The position numbers were made by a program, and so were the translations under genes. A stretch of 64,000 nucleotides of DNA from NCBI GenBank assembly GCA_031549365.1, contig JAVBPX010000004.1:32001-96000 (forward strand), written 5' to 3'. Source of the stretch: Alphaproteobacteria bacterium. GTDB lineage: Bacteria; Pseudomonadota; Alphaproteobacteria; Rs-D84. Below are positions 28,243 through 37,785 of the stretch, piece by piece. The notes beneath the pieces were generated by a model. It saw nothing but the letters and a program-made list of their open reading frames with translations, ran no database searches and was not told the DNA's origin. Position 1 is the stretch's first letter. The number at the start of each line of letters is the position of its first letter.

Positions 28243-30117
28243 ATGAGAAAAATCCTATATATCATATCCACAATATTCTTTTTCGGCCCCGCATTTGGGG
28301 CACCAACCTTAATCCAAAGCAATTATATTATTTCAGGCGATCAAACATTTACAACTGACCTAGAAAACCAAGGCACAGTAAATGCAATCATCACAATGAA
28401 CGGAAATAATTTAACATTTGAAAATTCCGGAAAATTCACACAAAACGGCTATTTAAACATCGCACAAAATTCAGTCATAAATTTATATAATTATGACACT
28501 ATACTTAATCCTGTTTTAATATCCGAAAACGCTGTGTTAAATTGGTTTACATCAAGCAATCATCAATTAAAAAATGTATTCACTACCCGTCAAACCAATG
28601 CCAAACTAAATATATATGTTGAATCCAATGAATACACCATTATCCCGAACAACATATCAAACCCAGATCAAATCAACATTAAAAACACAACCTTTGAAAA
28701 CCACTTGAACAACACAACTATAAATATTACAGATTCTGTGTTCAATATTTTAAATACAAATATAATCGATAAATTAAACACATCTGGCCAAAATCTTATT
28801 AACTTTTATATCAACAATGATAATGCGTCCAAATTATATGCAAAAAATCTGAATTTTAATGGAATAGTTGCGCTGGCGTTAAATTTTGATAATTCAATTA
28901 CATTAAATGGGCCAACAACACTGACTTTGATTGAATCTGAAAACGAAAGGGTTGACGACATATTAACATTTGCATCAAACATTCCATCCGCCTTTCGCGC
29001 CAATTTTGCCTCCAACACCCATATCATTAACGTTACCATATCCCGCGAAACAGATTATGAAAAAATCATGGGCACAAATAATCCAATTGCAAAATCATTA
29101 AATTTAATCCGATCATATGATCCAAACAATACATCTCTGGGCCAATTGGATAATATTTATAATTTGAACCAACTGTATTCAGAATTAAATTCGTTTTCAA
29201 AGTTCAATCCAAACATTTTTGGAAATATTTTAAACATCTGGGCAACAGGATTAATCAACGAACAAATAACAAAATTAAATACCGAAAAATTAAAACCGAC
29301 TACTGATTCTTTTTATAATGATCACACATCTGGCATATGGTTAACGGCCCATGGAATCATTACAGACGGCGCCTATTTTGATTCAACAATTTACGGAATT
29401 TCAATGGGTTATAACAAATATTTGAATCAAAATAACACCTTGGGATTTTCGGTTTCTTATGGATATACAGACATTAATGGCGCCCTATATAATGCCACTG
29501 GAAATATGTATAACACACAAATTTATTACCAACTTTATTTAAATAAATTCACCATGGATTTAATCTCGGGATACGCATATTCAGAATATGATGCATACAG
29601 GGAAACCCCTCTTGAATATATAAAATCCAAACCAACCGCATCCGAAATTTACGGTGTCGGGCAGATACGATATAACATATTTGATAATAAAAATTGGTCC
29701 GTCGAGCCCCTGGCTCAAATATCCATGTCGCAAATTACAATGAAAAATTTGTCGGAATCAAATTCATTGTTTGGGATAACATCCGACAATATCACACAAT
29801 CTGGAATAATGGCGTCCGGCGGAATTAACATAACAAACAAAAACTATGTCGAATCCATGTATACAGTTTTTAATGCTTTTATTTTGACAGGAACGCCAAT
29901 CATGACATCCGACAATAATCCATCCGCGTCTATTGATACAATGGAAATAGCAATCAATCCAACGAAAACATTTACCACCAACCTACAAATCGGTTTATCC
30001 GGAACATTTACAACATATTTGGAAAACTTGTCATTGGAACCCAGCTATGTATTTTACATCGATGATAATAAAACCACCGCACACATATTCCGAATTTCAT
30101 TTAAAACTTTATTTTGA
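28243..30117 (+). CDS. Autotransporter-like outer membrane protein
   Basis: Signal peptide, Asn-rich passenger, C-terminal alternating beta-strands (YGISMGYN, LGFSVSYG, VEPLAQISM) ending in Phe; very AT-rich. Confidence 0.65.
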   Translation: MRKILYIISTIFFFGPAFGAPTLIQSNYIISGDQTFTTDLENQGTVNAIITMNGNNLTFENSGKFTQNGYLNIAQNSVINLYNYDTILNPVLISENAVLNWFTSSNHQLKNVFTTRQTNAKLNIYVESNEYTIIPNNISNPDQINIKNTTFENHLNNTTINITDSVFNILNTNIIDKLNTSGQNLINFYINNDNASKLYAKNLNFNGIVALALNFDNSITLNGPTTLTLIESENERVDDILTFASNIPSAFRANFASNTHIINVTISRETDYEKIMGTNNPIAKSLNLIRSYDPNNTSLGQLDNIYNLNQLYSELNSFSKFNPNIFGNILNIWATGLINEQITKLNTEKLKPTTDSFYNDHTSGIWLTAHGIITDGAYFDSTIYGISMGYNKYLNQNNTLGFSVSYGYTDINGALYNATGNMYNTQIYYQLYLNKFTMDLISGYAYSEYDAYRETPLEYIKSKPTASEIYGVGQIRYNIFDNKNWSVEPLAQISMSQITMKNLSESNSLFGITSDNITQSGIMASGGINITNKNYVESMYTVFNAFILTGTPIMTSDNNPSASIDTMEIAINPTKTFTTNLQIGLSGTFTTYLENLSLEPSYVFYIDDNKTTAHIFRISFKTLF

Positions 30118-30753
30118 TTCCATAAATTGCGACAACCAAGCATCCGCAGCTTCGCGCATAGCATTCTTTTTAGAAGATCCAATCGCAGTAGCAGATTTAT
30201 CCAATGCCGTAACCGTTACTACAAATTCAGGTTCATGCGCAGGCCCAGAAACCGTATCAACCCTGTACTTTGGCAAATCAACGGTAAAACTCTGAACATA
30301 TTCTTGCAACATTGTTTTTGGGTCTTTTGGCAATTCAATACTTTCAACAACCATATCTTGAAACAAATTAACAATGACTTTGTTCGCAACATCAGCGCCT
30401 GCTTCTATATAAATAGCGGCAAATATTGCCTCCATTGCATCCGCCATCACATTTGTCAAATCCCCAGTTGTCAAATGCGCGCGCTTTAAAACAGATTGCA
30501 TGCCCAATTTATCAGCAACAATCGCCAAGGATTTTGATGACACCAATGCAGCATGTCGTTGGGCCAAAAATCCCTCGTTTTCATCTGGAAATTTTTCATA
30601 CAACAAATATGCAACCGTTAAACCCAAAACGCGATCGCCCAAAAACTCTAATCTTTCATTATTTTTGATTGCGGAATACCCGGATTGGGTCAATGCCTGA
30701 TCCAGCAATGATTTATCCTTAAAAGTATATCCCAATTTTTTTTCAAATGTCAT
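30109..30753 (-). CDS. rnc: Ribonuclease III
   Basis: NERLEFLGDRVLGL, ADAMEAIFAAIY, dsRBD DPKTMLQEY...GSSKKNA. Confidence 0.97.
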   Translation of the reverse strand: MTFEKKLGYTFKDKSLLDQALTQSGYSAIKNNERLEFLGDRVLGLTVAYLLYEKFPDENEGFLAQRHAALVSSKSLAIVADKLGMQSVLKRAHLTTGDLTNVMADAMEAIFAAIYIEAGADVANKVIVNLFQDMVVESIELPKDPKTMLQEYVQSFTVDLPKYRVDTVSGPAHEPEFVVTVTALDKSATAIGSSKKNAMREAADAWLSQFMESK

Positions 30754-31655
30754 TATTTTGCCGCCATAAAAAATCTTTCCCAACGAATTTTGCTAGGCCA
30801 ATTCCAAGGCAATAACAATGACCCATAATAATTATGCGAATAAAATATAAACCATACGCGCCCCAAAACATTATCACGCGACACAAATCCAACATTATCT
30901 ATATCTCGGGAATCGCCTGATAAATCACGATCATCCCCCATAAAGAAATAATGGCCATCCGGAACACGGTACAATGGCGTATTATCATAATAAGCATCAT
31001 CCGCCAATTCTATGATTTCGTGTTTAATTCCATTTGGCAATATTTCGATATATTTTTCAAAATGCAACACACCAAAACAAGCATTCGGAGTATTTACACA
31101 AACAGAATCATCTTTGTATTCAATTGTGTATGGATACTCAACATCCTTATTATTTTCATAAATTTTATTTCCACGAACAATCGTAATCATACCTGTATTT
31201 TTATCGACAATTTGAAAACCAACAGAACGTAATTTTTGTGGAATCGCCGCAACAACATATTTTCCGACATGCTGACGCTCAACCATTTTACCATTAATAT
31301 ACAAACGACCAGATTTCATTTGAATTTCATCATTCGGCATTCCAATCAAACGTTTGACATAATCTTCTTTGGCATTTGGTTTGCGAAACACAATTATATC
31401 GCCTTGTTTTGGCCCATCAATCTCAAAAAAACGACCATCAAATAAATCCCAAGAACCAAACGGAAACGAATATCTGGAATAGCCGTAACTCCATTTTTTA
31501 ACAAATAAATGATCTCCTACTTCCAGAGTTGGAATCATTGATCCGGACGGGATATGAAATGGCTCTAATAAAAAACTACGAAAAATAACTGCAATTATCG
31601 CGGCCCAAAAAAAAGTAGAAATCCAAGATTCTTTTGTTGCGTGTTTTTGTTTCAT
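30753..31655 (-). CDS. lepB: Signal peptidase I
   Basis: PSGSMIPTL..GD, YVKRLIG, GDDRDLSGDSR. Confidence 0.96.
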   Translation of the reverse strand: MKQKHATKESWISTFFWAAIIAVIFRSFLLEPFHIPSGSMIPTLEVGDHLFVKKWSYGYSRYSFPFGSWDLFDGRFFEIDGPKQGDIIVFRKPNAKEDYVKRLIGMPNDEIQMKSGRLYINGKMVERQHVGKYVVAAIPQKLRSVGFQIVDKNTGMITIVRGNKIYENNKDVEYPYTIEYKDDSVCVNTPNACFGVLHFEKYIEILPNGIKHEIIELADDAYYDNTPLYRVPDGHYFFMGDDRDLSGDSRDIDNVGFVSRDNVLGRVWFIFYSHNYYGSLLLPWNWPSKIRWERFFMAAK

Positions 31656-31709
31656 ATTGCCCCCTGGGTTTACCGGGAAAGCATACCAATTATATCCCAA
31701 AAAGCAAGG

Positions 31710-32078
31710 TTATTTTTCGATAATAACAGATGCGATTGCGTATTCGCCTTCGTCCGACAATGATAAATGCAACACCGCATTTGGAACACGTCCGTCCAAT
31801 ATATCCCGAGCCCCCCCAACAACGCGTAAAACCGGCTGGCCAGATTTTAAATGATCGACAGAAACATCGGAAAATTTAATCTTGTCCGAAAACCCGGTTC
31901 CCAACGCTTTCAAAAAAGCCTCACGCGCGGCAAAATATTTGGCCAATCTGGCATCCGGATGCGAGTTTCCCGCAATTGACTTTAATTCATCCGGCGTAAA
32001 AATCCGCGACAATTTAAAATCCGACCAATCGGCAAAACGCGCAATTTCAACCAAATCAATACCAATACCAAATATCAT
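31710..32078 (-). CDS. acpS: Holo-[acyl-carrier-protein] synthase
   Basis: GIGIDLVEIAR, FAAREAFLKALGTG, HLSLSDE. Confidence 0.96.
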   Translation of the reverse strand: MIFGIGIDLVEIARFADWSDFKLSRIFTPDELKSIAGNSHPDARLAKYFAAREAFLKALGTGFSDKIKFSDVSVDHLKSGQPVLRVVGGARDILDGRVPNAVLHLSLSDEGEYAIASVIIEK

Positions 32079-32170
32079 TTTAAACCCCGCTAAAATTTAA
32101 TAACGAAATTATTACAATATATAAATTAAAAATCAATATAAAGAAAACACACTAGCTTTATGCAAAAGGA

Positions 32171-32331
32171 TAAAAACACAGCAAAACGAGTCATATAGAC
32201 GTTTTTTAAAATCCAAAAGGCGAGTATATAGACATACAAAACCGAGGATTTTGAAAAAGAAAACGGCCTACACCGGGTCCCAAACAAATTATTTGTTTGG
32301 GTGGTATTATGGCCGTTTTCATATGTTTTTA
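32171..32331 (+). repeat. Long-hairpin interspersed element, copy 4 (with extra AT hairpin)
   Basis: TAAAAACACAGCAAAACG / CGTTTTCATATGTTTTTA; inner TTTTTAAAATCC / GGATTTTGAAAA; apex GAGTAT-atagac-ATAC; insert CCCAAACAAATTATTTGTTTGGG; contains the dsbA stop. Confidence 0.8.
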
Positions 32332-33180
32332 CATACTACGTAACACTGATTTAATCTGATCATACGATATCGCACCTGGGAAAGATTGTTCCCCAATAAT
32401 CAAATATGGTGTTCCGCTGATGCCAAATGTCTGGGCCAATGAACGAACTTGTTCGAATTCAGCTTGAACTTCTGGCGCTGTATCCATATCACGACCCAAT
32501 TTTTCAGTATCCAAGCCAGCTTTTTTTGCCAATTCCATTACGTTTGCACGAACAGTTTTCGCAACAGCTTGTGGGTCTTGGTTCTTCATATCTTGTGGCC
32601 AGTATGGTTTTTCCATCAACAAACGATCCAATTCAACTGCTTTGTCATTGCTTTGCAATTTCGCAGCAATCGTGGCCCTAGCAGCAGAATCAGACAAAGG
32701 ACCATGGATTGAAAATTGTTTCAAAACAACACGAACGTCTTTGTCTTCGTTTACTACGCGTTCCAATTCATGATGAACTTGTTGGCAGTAATGACAAGAA
32801 TGAGCCGCAAACAAATAAATTGTTTTTTTGCCATTGACGTTACCCATAATTGGAGCATTTTTCATCAATTCTGCTTGTTTATCAACAACGTATTTGCGGA
32901 TTTCTTTGGATTGCATCATTGATTGACGCGCTTTCATGCTTTCAACCATTTCTTGCAACACTTCTGGATTTTGGCTTACCAAATATGAATGGGTCCCAAG
33001 TCCAGTACGATTAACACCCCAAACCAATAATACAATAGAAGTCAGTTTAACAACTTTCTTCAATGAACACATGATTTTGGATGATTTTTCCTTTCTTTTC
33101 GAATCGTTATCGCGAGTCAACATACCGGCAGCGGCATATAAAACAACAGCAGCAACGATTATCAAAATTGTCCATAACAT
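32329..33180 (-). CDS. DsbA/Com1-family thioredoxin-fold protein
   Basis: CHYC motif, GISGTPYLIIG; follows the M48 peptidase as in other alphaproteobacteria. Confidence 0.88.
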   Translation of the reverse strand: MLWTILIIVAAVVLYAAAGMLTRDNDSKRKEKSSKIMCSLKKVVKLTSIVLLVWGVNRTGLGTHSYLVSQNPEVLQEMVESMKARQSMMQSKEIRKYVVDKQAELMKNAPIMGNVNGKKTIYLFAAHSCHYCQQVHHELERVVNEDKDVRVVLKQFSIHGPLSDSAARATIAAKLQSNDKAVELDRLLMEKPYWPQDMKNQDPQAVAKTVRANVMELAKKAGLDTEKLGRDMDTAPEVQAEFEQVRSLAQTFGISGTPYLIIGEQSFPGAISYDQIKSVLRSM

Positions 33181-33259
33181 CAGTTTTCTCCTTTCGTTAA
33201 GTGAACGACGAAATCATAGCGAAATATATACTGATAATCAAGCAAATTTTGTGTGATTT

Positions 33260-34594
33260 TTATCTTGTTTTTATTTCCAAAATATCGCGGGATTTTATTG
33301 CTTCGGCCGAACCCTTGGGTAATTTTTTAACCGCACTTTCTGCATAATCTCGGGCTTTTTTCTTATCCTGTTTTAATGCATAATATTCTGCCATTGCCCA
33401 CGCATAACGTCCTTCGTCACGCTCTAATTGGTATGTTACCCCTAAAACCCAATATGCCAATGGAACATTTTGATTTTGAATTAAAACTTTTTTCGCAGAT
33501 TCTTTGGCCGCAGCAACATCATTCGTATTTCCACGACCCGCCAAAGCCAAGGCCAACGCCAATTCAATCTGATAAGATGAAACAGATTTTGGTAACAATG
33601 CCAAGGATTTTTTATATGTTTTAATAGCACCATCATAATCACCCGTTTGATATAAAATATCACCCAATAATTCATTAAAATAAGGATCATTCGGATATTT
33701 TTCAATTAATGCCTCGGTCATTTTTTTGGCCACGCTCCATTCATTTTGTCGCATTAATAAAATCGCTCGGGCATATTGCGCCGCAACACTGTTGTCATTT
33801 TTTGGATACATATAGGAAACCATATCAGAACCCAACAAGTATCCGGCCAGTTTTGCACGAACCCTGGAATACGCCAACACAGTATTCGCAGACAACGGTT
33901 TTGAATCATATTTATTATGATCAATCCAATCGCGAACATTGCGAATACGTTCGGACGTTGTCGGATGCGACAAAATGTTTGGGTTAACACGATTTTCCAT
34001 AGCCAGCTGATCGTTTCCAGTTTTTGTTAAAACATTTAAAAAACCGGAATACGGCAATCCTGCCTTTTTCAATAATTCCAGCCCCGCATTATCTGCCAAT
34101 CTTTCTTCGTTTCTGGAAAAAGATAATATATTTTGTTGCGTAACACCCATACTGCCTGCAATCATACCAACGCCCGCCTGGGACGACTGACCACCAGCAA
34201 TCATCATCGCAACACCCAATGTTTGCATAATTAATGCCCCAGCCATTTCACGTTGCATACGCGTCATCATTAATGAATAATGACCACCCAACATATGTCC
34301 CATTTCATGGGCAACAACGCCCTGAAATTCATTTGGATCCTTTAAATCAATAACCAACCCTGTATAAACATAAACGTCTTCGCCCGATGCAACAAAAGCA
34401 TTAAATTGATCCGACGACAAAACGTGCAAACGAATTCGTCCGTCGGCCAATTTACCAGCACGCGCCAACGGATCAATCAGAGATGATAATACAGATTCAA
34501 CCTCGGTATCAGAAATTGCTGAAACCCCTGCATACACAGGGGTCCCAATCAAACACATGATTATCGCAATTATGATCCGATAATTTTTTCCCAC
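33260..34594 (-). CDS. M48 metalloprotease with TPRs (BepA/YfgC-like)
   Basis: NAFVASG, HEMGH, EERLAD, SHPTTSERI; C-terminal TPRs. Confidence 0.9.
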   Translation of the reverse strand: MGKNYRIIIAIIMCLIGTPVYAGVSAISDTEVESVLSSLIDPLARAGKLADGRIRLHVLSSDQFNAFVASGEDVYVYTGLVIDLKDPNEFQGVVAHEMGHMLGGHYSLMMTRMQREMAGALIMQTLGVAMMIAGGQSSQAGVGMIAGSMGVTQQNILSFSRNEERLADNAGLELLKKAGLPYSGFLNVLTKTGNDQLAMENRVNPNILSHPTTSERIRNVRDWIDHNKYDSKPLSANTVLAYSRVRAKLAGYLLGSDMVSYMYPKNDNSVAAQYARAILLMRQNEWSVAKKMTEALIEKYPNDPYFNELLGDILYQTGDYDGAIKTYKKSLALLPKSVSSYQIELALALALAGRGNTNDVAAAKESAKKVLIQNQNVPLAYWVLGVTYQLERDEGRYAWAMAEYYALKQDKKKARDYAESAVKKLPKGSAEAIKSRDILEIKTR

Positions 34595-36384
34595 AGGCTT
34601 TCCTTGGGCTTGTTTTGTTTATTATTGCCATTGTGATTATTTCCCCTCTTCACAGGCTTTTCACGACGAGTCGGAGTTTCAGAAACAACCTTTTTGACCT
34701 GTTGATGCTGAGGATCGCGCTTACGAACATTTGTAACCGGCTGATGGGTTTTTAATTGTTCTTCGGCTTTTATCTCGACACCAACACGCTGAATTTGATA
34801 TTGATTAATATGCATTAACGAATCATCTGCCAATATAACAATATCAGTGTTGTATTGATCTTGTAATGATTGCAAATCTGCGCGTTTTTGATTCAATACA
34901 TACATTGCAACGTCGGACGGCACAGAAACAATCATGCGTTCGGCTGGTTTTGCCATTAATTTTTCCTGTAAATGACGCATTAAAATAACGGACGCAGTTT
35001 GAACTGATGGGACAACCCCAGTCCCCGAACAATACGGACATGTTACATACGATGATTCAATAAAGCTGGAACGCAAACGTTGACGCGACAACATCAAAAC
35101 ACCAAAATTATTAATACGCCCTACCTGAATACGGGCGCGATCACGTTTTAATACTTCGCGCATTTTTTGCTCGACCCGATTATTATTTTTTTCTTCGTCC
35201 ATATCGATAAAATCCACGGCAACGATACCTGCCAAGTCACGCAAACGTAATTGGCGGGCAATTTCCTCGGCGGCTTCCAAATTGGTATTTAACGCAGTTT
35301 CTTCAATACCTTTTTCTTTGATTGCGCGGCTGGAATTAACATCAATTGTAACCATGGCTTCGGTTTGATTTAAAACAATCGAACCGCCAGATGGCAATTG
35401 AACTTCGGGTCTGTGCAACCCTTCCAATTGTTGTTCTACATCGGCATGAATAAATAACGGAGTATCCCCCATATATTCAACGATATTTTTCTTGGATATT
35501 TTGCCGTGCATTTGACGATAATAATTCATCGCAACTTCTGCCCCTGTGTGGCCTTGGATCGTTAAAACATCGTCCTTGTCCAACAAAAAATCACGAACAA
35601 CACGACGTAACAACGAATCTTCGGTATGAATTGTCGCAGGCGCCACAGATTCCAACGTTGTTTTGCGAATATCGTTCCATAACGATGTTAAATAATCATA
35701 ATCTTTTTTAATTTCGACCTTTTTCATACCAGCAGATGCAGTGCGCAACACAACCGTCATTCCAACTGGAATTTTTAATTCACGTAAAACTTCGCGCAAT
35801 CTGTCGCGTTCTTCGCGATCGCCAATTTTTTTAGAAACTCCATAACTGTTTCGTTTTCTGGAATTTGGCATTAAAACCGCAAACCGACCGGCCAACGACA
35901 AATAAGTTGTCAAAGACGCGCCCTTTTGCCCGCGTTCTTCCTTGACGCCCTGGACCAATAAAATTTGTTTTGGTTTAATAACGTCTTGGATTTTGAATTC
36001 ACGTAATTTTCTTAAAAATTCTTTGTTGTCTTCACCAGCATCTGTATCGTTGTAATCGGCAACATCGCCATCTTCGTCGTCTGTGTCTTCGGCCATATTA
36101 GCATGCGCCAATTCCATTAATTTTTTGCGAGCATCCACTGGAATTTGGTAATAATCCGGATGAATTTCAGAAAAAGGCAAAAAGCCATTTTTCCCAGTTC
36201 CATAATCCACAAACGCAGCCTGTAATGATGGTTCAACCCTGATTACTTTGGCCAGGTAAATGTTTCCTTTGATTTGTGGTTTTGTAGTTGTTTCAACGTC
36301 AAAGTCTGAAACACGCTTGTTTTCGACCACCACCACCCGTGTTTCTTCGGCATGGACGGCATCGACATATATTTGTTTTGCCAT
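34570..36384 (-). CDS. rne: Ribonuclease E/G
   Basis: KGNIYLAKVIRVEPSLQAAFVDYG, KEERGQKGA, IDVNS, RLRDLAGIVAVDFIDM, CPYC. Confidence 0.96.
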   Translation of the reverse strand: MAKQIYVDAVHAEETRVVVVENKRVSDFDVETTTKPQIKGNIYLAKVIRVEPSLQAAFVDYGTGKNGFLPFSEIHPDYYQIPVDARKKLMELAHANMAEDTDDEDGDVADYNDTDAGEDNKEFLRKLREFKIQDVIKPKQILLVQGVKEERGQKGASLTTYLSLAGRFAVLMPNSRKRNSYGVSKKIGDREERDRLREVLRELKIPVGMTVVLRTASAGMKKVEIKKDYDYLTSLWNDIRKTTLESVAPATIHTEDSLLRRVVRDFLLDKDDVLTIQGHTGAEVAMNYYRQMHGKISKKNIVEYMGDTPLFIHADVEQQLEGLHRPEVQLPSGGSIVLNQTEAMVTIDVNSSRAIKEKGIEETALNTNLEAAEEIARQLRLRDLAGIVAVDFIDMDEEKNNNRVEQKMREVLKRDRARIQVGRINNFGVLMLSRQRLRSSFIESSYVTCPYCSGTGVVPSVQTASVILMRHLQEKLMAKPAERMIVSVPSDVAMYVLNQKRADLQSLQDQYNTDIVILADDSLMHINQYQIQRVGVEIKAEEQLKTHQPVTNVRKRDPQHQQVKKVVSETPTRREKPVKRGNNHNGNNKQNKPKESLWEKIIGS

Positions 36385-36641
36385 TGTAAAATCCTTTTAT
36401 TTCATGACATTCAATTATTTTTTCATCATAAATTAATAAATCAGAGTCCAAATTCAAATAGCGCAGGCAAAAATTCCCACGACGTTTCCGCGCAATTATA
36501 CCAACGGCGGAACAGAACAGTAAAAGAGAAAAGATAGTTATCATCCCCAAAATACTCTGTATTAAATTTACAATCAGAAAAATGTTACCACCATGGAAAC
36601 CAAAATACAAGATTTTTATTATTAAATGTTTTAATAAAAAC

Positions 36642-36670
36642 TTGACAGATAATATTTTTAAACTATAATA
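36642..36670 (+). promoter_or_regulatory. Consensus sigma70 promoter
   Basis: TTGACA-17 bp-TATAAT upstream of the 36703 ORF. Confidence 0.85.
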
Positions 36671-36702
36671 CCCCCAGAAAACAACAATCTCAGGGGAAAA
36701 AC

Positions 36703-37554
36703 ATGTCCAAACAACTAGAAAACTTACGCGCAAACAAAAATCCTGAACAGGCTTATGAAAACTATCGCTCGGGCTTGATTAATGATTACGTTGCTGCTAT
36801 CCGAAAAAATTTAAAAACATACAATGCGGCCCAAACATTGGAATTAATTGATAAACTGAACAACAATATAGAATTGGACGAAACAGCCTGCAAAATGGCA
36901 TTAAACGAATGCAACGCCAAAATATCTAAAATAATTAATGATGAATTATCAAACATATTCCATCAAATGCTGTCCGGGCAAAAATCTGCTCGCGATATTC
37001 GTGAAAACATGCACGAATATGAAAATATTTCCGCAATTCCAGGATTACGCGAAATGGCTTGCAAATATTGCAATGAATGGGAAAGTTTCCCTTTGATTTT
37101 AATGTTGAATTATCCAAAAGTATTATTATCCCAATTAAAATACAATATTGATAAATATTCAGACCGAAACATCATAGATCTGCTTGAATATATGCATAAT
37201 TGTGACCGAATCCCGGCCGATATCCACCAACCAGTAATGGACACGTTAACAGAACTAGTCAAAAACGATCCAGGATTATTCAAAATATCTAATTTAATAA
37301 TCATTGAAAAAACGATGTGTCGCCCACTTTCAATTTCATATAAAAAGCCTGGAATTGGGGCATTAAAACTTATGGAAATTGTTGTATCAAGGCAAAAATT
37401 ATCAAAATCAGAACTATCCCAATTGGAATTAGCCGCCGAACTGGAAAGCAAATACAAAAATATTCTGCACCTTTATAATATCAGTAAAAAGCATTTTGAT
37501 AAAAAAGCAAAAATCCAAACCAAAATTAAACAAATACTGGGCCTGGACAAATAA
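36703..37554 (+). CDS. Orphan alpha-helical hypothetical protein
   Basis: 283-aa ORF with consensus promoter and RBS AGGGG; no recognised motif. Confidence 0.7.
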   Translation: MSKQLENLRANKNPEQAYENYRSGLINDYVAAIRKNLKTYNAAQTLELIDKLNNNIELDETACKMALNECNAKISKIINDELSNIFHQMLSGQKSARDIRENMHEYENISAIPGLREMACKYCNEWESFPLILMLNYPKVLLSQLKYNIDKYSDRNIIDLLEYMHNCDRIPADIHQPVMDTLTELVKNDPGLFKISNLIIIEKTMCRPLSISYKKPGIGALKLMEIVVSRQKLSKSELSQLELAAELESKYKNILHLYNISKKHFDKKAKIQTKIKQILGLDK

Positions 37555-37617
37555 ACACAACAAATCTTGATTAGCCCAAGCGTTGCTTGATACGGCGTGT
37601 GGGATATATATGTTTTT

Positions 37618-37785
37618 TAAATCAATCAAAATGTAGTAGTTGGTTGTGGCTTCGCCGTTTTCTGACGCGGCAGAGCATATATGAACATATGTAACCCGCG
37701 CAAAAAGCCAGAAACGCACCACCCCGGATCCCAAAATAAATCTTATTTATTTTGAGTGGGCTTATGCTGCGTTTTCATTGATTTA
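37618..37785 (+). repeat. Long-hairpin interspersed element, copy 5 (with extra AT hairpin)
   Basis: TAAATCAATCAAAATGTAGTA / TGCTGCGTTTTCATTGATTTA; apex GAG-CATAT-atgaac-ATATG-TAAC; insert CCCAAAATAAATCTTATTTATTTTGAG; abuts the stop at 37786. Confidence 0.83.
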
